A stretch of 63,961 nucleotides of DNA, the filler included, from Klebsormidium nitens (taxonomy: Eukaryota > Plantae > Klebsormidiophyceae), in assembly GCA_000708835.1 (NCBI GenBank). It is 5 parts of 5 records of this genome, joined end to end, with 100 filler letters (N's around TTAATTAATTAA, not from the genome) between each part and the next. Parts side by side here need not be neighbours in the genome. Positions count along the whole stretch, not along the records: positions 1 to 21,614 come from DF237517.1; positions 21,715 to 30,631 come from DF237839.1; 3 more parts are not named here. One strand, 5' to 3'. Of the stretch, positions 17,801-24,644 are shown in pieces. Under the pieces are notes generated by a model, which made no database searches, was not told the DNA's origin, and saw only the letters and a program-made list of their open reading frames with translations. Made by a program: the position numbers and the translations under genes. Every line of letters starts with the position of its first letter. The stretch's first letter is position 1.

Positions 17801-20724
17801 ATCTGAGAGGCCGCAAAGGTGCCGGTTGTTGCGGCTGCAGCAATACTGCTATTTGGGAAGGACACAGTCCCAGCAACGGTGATGCCATTATCGAATTGAG
17901 CTGTGCCGCCCGAAACGTGCAGCATGTTGGCCGGAGAGACGGTCCCAATGCCCAGACGGTTGTTGTACCAGTCCATGAAGCACGGGCCTCCCAAGGCCGA
18001 TGGCTTTGGTTGTGTCTGATCGTAGGCGAGATTGGATCCCGGGATGTCCGTGGCCGCGAACGTCGTGCCGGTGGTCTGAGCCCATTGCAACTTGAATTGC
18101 TGACCCCCGCCGCCCGAGTTCTGGTATGCAATCAGAATGTTCTTCCAACCTGCACTTGCAAAGGTCGTGCTTTGTGACACGGTACCGGCTGTGTAACCAG
18201 TCTGCCCAAGAACGAGGCTGCCATCGATAAAGACTCTGATGTTGTCGTCGACGCCGACCGATGAGAATGTGTAGGTCGCTGCTGCCGGGATGTTGATGTA
18301 ACCGCTGATGTTCAGGTTGTAGAAAGCATTCAGACCACTAAAAATATTAGACAGAGATGCGTAACTATGCACGTTGGCTGTATCCAGTGGGCCAGCACCG
18401 CCTGTCAAAGTTTTTGTCAGGATAAACGAGCCCATGGACCTTGCCGTGCCACTCACGATATTGATCACGCTGGCAATCAGGCCGCCCGTAGTAGCGGCAT
18501 TGAAGGCCCCGGAAGAATTCACGGTCCCAGCCACGTCCAGCTGATACTGAGGGCTCTTGGTCCCGATACCCACGTAGTTGCTAGTGCTGTTGATGCAGAT
18601 GGCAGACGCGCCAACACCGCTCTGGAGCAGCAGGTTGCCGGCGTAAGCCCGTAGGATTGCATCGCCTGTCGCAGCATCCGTGCTGTAGGCCCCTGTACCT
18701 CCCGCCAAGCCGAATTGTGCAGTGTTTGTAGTCGCTCCACTGATGAGGCCAAACTGAGTACTCGAAGCATTGGAGGCCGACACGTTTACTGCATGCGTTC
18801 CTACCGAGAAGGCTCCGGAAGTGATCTGTGATGCAGGGAGACTTCCGATAGCAAAGGCCGAAATGGACGCACTCGGCAGAGATACTGAGCCTGCCGAAAC
18901 CGTCAGGCCGTTGGATGCCGTCAAGAGGCCTGCCACTGCTGCAGGTCCAGTAATGGAGACGTTACTGCTGAACGTTCCTGTTCCGGATACTGTCAATGCG
19001 TTGGACCCTGTAATAGCACCCCCGACCGACAGGTTGCTGGACAAGTAAGCACTCCGCCATGCGGTTGCAGAGGCACCCAGGTCGTAAGTTGCACTGGTAG
19101 TGGGATTGTGCTGACCGCTCGTTATAGAACCGCTTCCCACAGTGATGTTGCTGTTTCCAGTGCTCATGGTCGTGCAAGTCAGTGCCCCCAGAGTGCTAGC
19201 CCCAGCCCCCAGGGTTCCCGTAGTGCTGATATTCGTACTACCGAACGAGCCCACCGAAAACGTGCCCGAAGTGATCTGAGATGCAGGGAGATTTCCCACA
19301 GAAGAGGCCGAGATAGACCCACTTGGCAGAGAGACCGTCCCTCCAGAGATTGTCAGGCCGTTGGATCCAGTAATAGCACCGCCTACGGTTATGTTGCTCG
19401 ATAGGTAAGCACTCCTCCACGCCGTGCCGGACGCCCCCAGGTCGTATGTTGCTGTGGCTGATGGGTTGAGCTGCCCGCTGGTGATACTGCCGCTCAGTAT
19501 CGATCCAGAGTTCGAAGATCCGATAAGATTCCAAACGGGATTTCCGGACGACGCGGAATTCGAAAAGCTGAAGTTGTTGAAGCTCGTCGTTACCGTTCCT
19601 GACGAGAATTCGGATGAGGTAGTGAGGATGCTCAGCACCGATGAAGTCACGAGGGTGCCAGTAGGGGCTGTTATGGCCGTCGAGGTGGGTTCGTAGAGGG
19701 TCGTACCGAAGCCACCCTCGACGCTGAGGTCCCAGACCGAGAACTGTGCGGGGTTGTAATAGTAGACGCTGTATTGCCCGTTAGTCTCCATATAAACGAC
19801 GATATCAGCGCGCTGCTTGGCCCCTGAAATGAAGCCTTGGATCGTGCCTTTCACATAAAAGTTGCCTCGAGATACTATGGTGCAGTCGACCGTTGCCGTC
19901 TGTGAGTTCCCGAAACCACCGAGCTGCCCGACGATCCGAAGACCCTGTCCGCTGCCAGTATCACTGCTATCGAGCAGAGTTGCCAACTTGAAGTAGCTGT
20001 TGGCGGCTATCGACTGGATTCCGAGCGCCCCTGCGTTCCAAAACTTTCTCTGCAGGCCGACGAAATTACTTGCCGTTATCGTGCCTGACAGATATGCATT
20101 CCTCCATGTGGTTCCAGAAGCACCCAGGTCGTAAGTTGCACTGGTAGTGGGATTGTGCTGACCGCTCGTTATAGAACCGCTTTCCACAGTGATATTGCTG
20201 TTTCCAGTGCTGATCGTCGTGCAAGTCAGTGCCCCCAGAGTGCTAGCCCCAGCCCCCAGGGTTCCCGTAGTGCTGATATTCGTACTACCGAACGAGCCCA
20301 CCGAAAACGTGCCCGAAGTGATCTGAGATGCGGGTATACTTCCAAAGGACGAGGCCGTAATGGACCCATTCGGCAATGAAACGGATCCTGCCGAGACAGT
20401 CAGTCCGTTGGATGCCGTCAAGAGGCCCGCCACTGAGAGGTTTGAGCTGAAGTTTCCAGTACTTGCAAAGACGTTTGACCATTGATTCGAGGATGTTCCC
20501 AGGGTATACGCGTTGGTTGCATTTGGCGTCACAGAACTGCCAAAAGAACCTACAGAAAAGACCCCCGAAGTCAGGTTTGACGCCGACAGGTTGGGGATGT
20601 TTGAGGATGCCAGCACGCCAGAGAGGGATGCTGCCGAGACAGACCCAGCTGGCAGACTCACCGTTCCCGAAGGTACAGTCAGCCCATTGGCTGTCAGGGT
20701 ATTTGCAAAGAGATTGAAGGACAT
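14881..20724 (-). CDS. Giant virion fibre/tailspike-like protein 2 (~1947 aa) with PA14 domain and C-terminal peptidase S74 intramolecular chaperone
   Basis: Intronless ORF, probable start MSFNLFAN at 20724. C-terminus SSDKRVKTNIRPVTGALDRICGMTGRVFDYK...GFIAQEIDEAFPEL...MVEAVKEL plus a coiled coil = S74/ICA. YNLNISGYINIPAAATYTFSSVGVDDNIRVFIDG...IAYQNSGGG...LQW (~18080-18320) = PA14. VGIGTKSPQYQLDVAG and LGIGTVSPANMLHV are fibre motifs. Confidence 0.9.
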   Translation of the reverse strand: MSFNLFANTLTANGLTVPSGTVSLPAGSVSAASLSGVLASSNIPNLSASNLTSGVFSVGSFGSSVTPNATNAYTLGTSSNQWSNVFASTGNFSSNLSVAGLLTASNGLTVSAGSVSLPNGSITASSFGSIPASQITSGTFSVGSFGSTNISTTGTLGAGASTLGALTCTTISTGNSNITVESGSITSGQHNPTTSATYDLGASGTTWRNAYLSGTITASNFVGLQRKFWNAGALGIQSIAANSYFKLATLLDSSDTGSGQGLRIVGQLGGFGNSQTATVDCTIVSRGNFYVKGTIQGFISGAKQRADIVVYMETNGQYSVYYYNPAQFSVWDLSVEGGFGTTLYEPTSTAITAPTGTLVTSSVLSILTTSSEFSSGTVTTSFNNFSFSNSASSGNPVWNLIGSSNSGSILSGSITSGQLNPSATATYDLGASGTAWRSAYLSSNITVGGAITGSNGLTISGGTVSLPSGSISASSVGNLPASQITSGTFSVGSFGSTNISTTGTLGAGASTLGALTCTTMSTGNSNITVGSGSITSGQHNPTTSATYDLGASATAWRSAYLSSNLSVGGAITGSNALTVSGTGTFSSNVSITGPAAVAGLLTASNGLTVSAGSVSLPSASISAFAIGSLPASQITSGAFSVGTHAVNVSASNASSTQFGLISGATTNTAQFGLAGGTGAYSTDAATGDAILRAYAGNLLLQSGVGASAICINSTSNYVGIGTKSPQYQLDVAGTVNSSGAFNAATTGGLIASVINIVSGTARSMGSFILTKTLTGGAGPLDTANVHSYASLSNIFSGLNAFYNLNISGYINIPAAATYTFSSVGVDDNIRVFIDGSLVLGQTGYTAGTVSQSTTFASAGWKNILIAYQNSGGGGQQFKLQWAQTTGTTFAATDIPGSNLAYDQTQPKPSALGGPCFMDWYNNRLGIGTVSPANMLHVSGGTAQFDNGITVAGTVSFPNSSIAAAATTGTFAASQIPNLNASNINSGTFSIGAFGSTNLVTTGTLSTAAATFSGTTTCSSNLVVVSGLTSSNGLTVSAGTISLPAGSIAAASTTGTFTASQIPSLDASKINSGAFSVGGFGTTAITCGAITTSNSNINAGTGQLTANTVTMGSGSNLSVKAAQVSLYSGADPNMGVKLWTNNYDGTGYGGSNEGGLASWWGISLRCTWDSTERHMFDTRTGNANFLGSLTVGTSGTGSSTLNVTGSAAISGALSAGACTFTGTTSHTGTATFSSNVNVSTSIATPILWATSNSGVNGFLQCTFGSTGFIQYSDGGTYYQLMTNPGDSTGQFNSLRPYQVALSTGNVSMANGQVNVTHSTGAISCGPVTAASLRGTYLALPRRFWNAISMGATGLVNASNAYYKLASLGNYSSGGTAGGVRITGHIGGYTSGQVATIDVTLVSRGGLSINGSLTGPYATARSYCNIALYTTNSGTTFDIYVVNRQNFCIWDLCVECDQQQNTLYEPSTTSNTAAPSGTLVTVDVLSYLNNVTDTTTMNAPITSLGGYTWSTGSNVWTVSGSSNSGSISCGSISSSGSVMCAGLTSSAGLGVTSPAVVSIGNMVTFLASSLAAGNYLLADFGTALSANNCGYVGFNNTAGAGSSSNYASFGMYGYSVGTQTFNACGNGNFGLYTTSPQYHLDINGSARVQTNLLVTGTIGSSSARTGNVWINQANTGAISANGNTCDFGTITPTTVGGSGYCLGTSALPWVDLYTSGKHYSTGACGMTANSTTAFTPAAPFHMFATPNTDDNTLILGASSAGAGIVLDDVVNAKWKLTTGGFCLNFFQQSSGTASQYTTSFFTKRVYFDNGGVIHAQSTAIAAMSSDKRVKTNIRPVTGALDRICGMTGRVFDYKFPEAHNGDKGVTGFIAQEIDEAFPELSCAGTAQCKEEEELCPDGVKSYGIGDAFHANMVEAVKELRAQKDREIKELKDMVASLVGRLAVLEQRVA
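19073..20331. repeat. Two near-identical 212-bp direct repeats inside fibre 2 (19073-19284 and 20120-20331)
   Basis: By-eye alignment shows 4 mismatches. Offset 1047 bp (349 codons, in frame). Confidence 0.9.
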
Positions 20725-20836
20725 CCTCCTTCCTACTAGCCACCAAGATATAATCACAAGGCACTTAGGAGTGTGTTGAAAGAAGACTTTCATGGCGCCG
20801 TGCTTGTTCTTGAAGAGCTGTCATGTCGCATGCATC

Positions 20837-21256
20837 ATGGACACCGACCTAGCTCAGGTCTCAAAGTACAAGGTTCAGCTTCCAATCATGTGGAAACGAG
20901 CTTACAAGGCTCGCTTCAACATAGATCTGCTCGAGGAAGCACGGAAGGTGGTTCAGGATGTAGAAGGAGTTCACCTGGCGGTGCTCAAAGGCCGTTCACT
21001 GCTAGTGTATCTCGGGGCGCCCCACATGGCTGAAGAGGTCATGAACGAGATCAGGGCTGAGAGGGCGCTGCGCGAAGCGGCTGTAACTTGGGAACGTGAG
21101 GCACACGTGTGCAACAGCCTGCAGTGGGCCATCATCTCGAGGTTCTTGAAGGATGACGAGTTCAAGACCCACGCTTTCATTGCTTATACTTCCGAGCATG
21201 GCTCTGAAGCAGCCATGAGAGCACTATACAACGTCAGGGTTTGGAGTCCTCAATGA
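20837..21256 (+). CDS. Hypothetical intronless protein (~139 aa)
   Basis: ORF 20792-21256, likely start MDTDLAQ at 20837. Divergent from fibre 2, protein-like composition, no recognised family. Confidence 0.55.
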   Translation: MDTDLAQVSKYKVQLPIMWKRAYKARFNIDLLEEARKVVQDVEGVHLAVLKGRSLLVYLGAPHMAEEVMNEIRAERALREAAVTWEREAHVCNSLQWAIISRFLKDDEFKTHAFIAYTSEHGSEAAMRALYNVRVWSPQ

Positions 21257-21614
21257 TGCGTTCTGCCTGGCCCGTTTGAATTCTGACACACTACCAGGAG
21301 TCGAATGGTCAAGATAATCGAAGCGCCCTTGCAGAGAGTGCTGCTTGTCTCTACACATGTGGGGCAAACAACAGGATGTCAAAGTTTGCACGTGGGCTAA
21401 CATGCTTGAAATGTTGAGAAGGTTGACAACGGTAGAAACCAGGTCTGTGTCGAAGTTGAAGGAACTGGAGGAATTTGTACAAAGGTGAAGAAACAGGAGA
21501 TGTACAACGTTAATCCTGACGTCTTGGAACTTGCCTGCATGTGTTGTGTTGTGTTGTGAACATCACCCGCGAAGCCTGTCAACCTCTTGCGTTCAGTTGG
21601 ACCGCTTCATTAGC

Positions 21615-21714
21615 NNNNNNNNNNNNNNNNNNNNNNNNNNNNNNNNNNNNNNNNNNNNTTAATTAATTAANNNNNNNNNNNNNNNNNNNNNNNNNNNNNN
21701 NNNNNNNNNNNNNN
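21615..21714. other. Artificial assembly spacer (44 N + TTAATTAATTAA + 44 N)
   Basis: Six-frame-stop linker at 21659-21670; identical structure at three other sites. Confidence 0.95.
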
Positions 21715-22051
21715 AAATCTGGGGCCCTCCCTTTAGGGTGATATTCTTCTTGGCAAAGTTGGAGGCTGTGAGCCACTGACGGCACACCAGAGAGCAGGCC
21801 TTGAGGGCTTCGTCTTGGGGCGCCGGTCTTTCAACGTCAATCTTGTGCTCCTGCTCTAGGTGCCACATAATGCGGGAAAGGCACTGCGTGTCAAGATCGT
21901 AAATCGTTGTGACGTGTTCCCTAGCACAGGTAACCTCACGGTCCGCTCCTTCCCCTCCTCCCATAGACTTTGGCCACTCCACATTCGGAGCTTGTTCTTG
22001 TTTCTCACGACAGCCCAACTCATTATGAAAGGCTGCTTTTGGCTCCGCCAT
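21715..22051 (-). CDS. 5' part of an F-box-like protein, truncated by the spacer
   Basis: MAEPKAAF... then TTIYDLDTQCLSRIMWHL...LKACSLVCRQWLTAS, matching the F-box L-P-x-E-x-L-x-x-I...L-x-x-x-S-L-V-C-K-x-W pattern with an insertion. Confidence 0.55.
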
Positions 22052-24644
22052 AGCTTTACTCCTCGCACCACCGCAAAAGCTGCTATCTGGAATCAAAAAG
22101 CAAGCTTTCAACTTTTAGCTTTCAGCTTTTAGCTCCTTCAGAGCCCCTTCACTTGTTGGAAGCGAGTGGGCTGCCTTCCTTTTGGTTACTGCCGAGCGCA
22201 GGACAGGGAAGCTTTCCTTTTGTTCTTTGGCCTTCGAAGACAATTCAAGGCGCCATGCCACAACGAGGGCTTAAACGGACAGTGGGCAAACCAGAAAGCT
22301 TTTATCTCGAAAAGCGGGACTCAGCGTGACGTGACTACTGCACGTAAAGGTCCAAGCTCCAGAGAGTAAGTGGGCCTCCAAGCGGATTGGTCTTGTCTTC
22401 ACATGACAAGACGCTTTTTCCATATCGGAGCGGGGTTGGTACAATCGTTCGGAATTGGCAGCTTCTGTTCGGTTTCGCAAACGGTCTCGTCATGTCGAGG
22501 GGAGTCGATGACATTTTCTGCGGGCATATCTGGCTCGTGTCCAGTTCTTCCGCTCAGAGGGTCATATGATTTCATTCAGGACCCCCGGCTTGCAGTTATT
22601 CAGGTCGATGTAGAGGATGCTTGCTTGCGAAAGTTCTTCGAAAGTCATTTCAAGCCGCCGACCTCCGGGCTCGTGCTATTATCAGACGGGGAAGTCCTAT
22701 TGTGCTCCCTGTGGCCATTCGCAAATGGCATGCACTGTAGCCGGTGGATTGTTAGCCGATTATGTGACCTACATGTTTCTCTGAAGGTCCCTTTCTATTC
22801 GAGACGTCATGAACAGTAGAGGGGCACCAGAGCATTGATGAATGTGCCCGGCAAGAGCTGATTCTGCAAACGCTTGAGAACAGGCATCACACCACCGCTG
22901 AGTTTCGAAACAAGACGCAGTAGGAATCGCTTGTAGCATGGATGCTCATAGCGGTCACGGTTGGGAGCACTCAGATAGAAGCAAGTATTTACGTAGTTTG
23001 GTTTTGCATGCGCTGTTGGACGTCAAGTGGGTGTGACAAATCATAGGCTAGACCGAGAGGACCCAAGAGCTTTCAAGACTGTACTCCAACCTTACGTTTT
23101 GCCATAAGGTTCAAATCCGTCTTTCGTATGGTCACTTCCGCCTGGACTCGATCTCGGATGTGCGTGCCTTCTCGGGCTCGCAAGCGTCGCCGACACCTGT
23201 TTTCAGCTTTCCAAGAAGCTGTCCTCGCCGCTCCGCGTCGTTGGCCGACCGTCGGATTCCAAGCCCTTTTTTTGCAGCCGTTGATTCTGACACGTGGCAT
23301 CATCGGACGGCTGGATGGCCATGTTCTGCCACCCCACAAAGTCTGTTCTGCACGTAAGACGGCTTTATATACAGGAAAGCTGCCCCTCTCTGCAACGTCT
23401 GCTAGGCGTTCAGGGCTGCGGTCCCCGCAGGGCTGCGGTCCCTGGGTTCTCTGACTTCCTTACCGGGCTGCGGTCCCGGTCCAGGCTGCGGTCCTGGGGA
23501 ACACGCGCTACGGGTGATCATACATGACATCATTAGCGCATGTTCCAACAAACGTTGCACCTTTTGCTGCCGAAAAAACGTTTCTGGTTGGGCTCGCTTA
23601 GGAGTTGCGGCTTCCTTAAGCGTGACCACGGCGCAAGAGGCTATTACGTCATCATACAGCATCTTCTGCGGTTTTGTTCAAGCTTTTGCGTCAAAGTCGC
23701 ATAGGTGTTTCCGATTGGCTTCATGGCAGTTTCACATATTGGCATGTGTCAAGTGCAGCTAGCTTCTGCCATAAAATGTACAGCAGCTTGCTTCCCGACG
23801 AGGCTGGCAATCACAAAGCTAGTGTTTGTTCACTTTTCCAAGCCACTCAACGTCACGAAACAACGTTGCAGAACGAACGAACCACGAAACGCATAGCTCA
23901 TTTCGTGTAGCTCTTTCGAGTTTAATAACATCTCATATTTGACTTCCAGAACTCCCCCGCTACTTCAAAGTAAATTAGAAAGTGAAGAAGCGAAACCCGC
24001 TTCGAGGGCTTCCCAGCTTCCATTCTCCCGCGGACAAAATTGGCTTCATTTGGCTTCGTTCCCCCCTTAAAAATCAGATATTGAGACGTCAGGGCACCAC
24101 TTCGAAGGTCTTTGAGCTTGTGACTCTTGTATATTCCGCATAACACGATCAATGAATCAATTTCAGCACTGAAGGCAGACTGAAGGCTGTCAGCAGCATG
24201 ACGAATTCGTAACTGAGTTAAGCGGATTTGCTACGCGCGCGCTTCTGAGCAAGAACGCTTGACGTCCGATCCGAGATCAGACATTATCGAACGGTACAGA
24301 TCTTCGGCACCCAAAAAAGTTCAAGGACCTCAATTGAGTCCTTGCATGCATGATGCATTCAACACTTTAATGAGGGAACAAAAAGGGGAGGGTGCATTGC
24401 ATTAGGCGCCTGGCGCACCACAAAGAAAAAGTCGAGCATGGGCGCACTCCTCTCTTGATATGGCAACAGCGAAGCACCTGCATGACTACAAACCATAGAT
24501 GCCCTCATTTGACGGGGATTTGACGCTGGTAAATAATCCTATTCTGACACAGGGCAAGATTTGAGATCACATTCCTCTAGTATGCAAGACGACAGCTGCG
24601 CGCAATACGAACAAATGAGTGATCTGGAAGAATAGACAGGAGCA

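Larger units (their letters stand above)
1..21614. mobile_element. Putative giant-virus-derived (NCLDV-like) endogenous segment; left end outside window, right end at an assembly spacer
   Basis: Long intronless ORFs with short or overlapping intergenic gaps (276-283 overlap; 50 nt at 3357-3406; 92 nt at 4229-4320). Contains intronless RNR small subunit, two giant fibre-like proteins (S74, PA14), MSV199/AntA-like and PD-(D/E)XK genes. Contrasts with intron-rich genes in the other blocks. No capsid, polB or packaging ATPase visible. Confidence 0.62.

Noticed and set aside
20725-20740. AGGAAGGAGG directly before the fibre-2 ATG (Shine-Dalgarno-like)
   Set aside because: No spacer between AGGAGG and ATG, no similar motif before the other island genes, and the RNR2/MIP are eukaryotic-type. 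Not evidence for a bacterial or phage origin.
21659-21670. TTAATTAATTAA palindrome as a biological site (e.g. PacI-like or piggyBac-type target)
   Set aside because: Always centred in exactly 44+44 Ns; an assembly linker.
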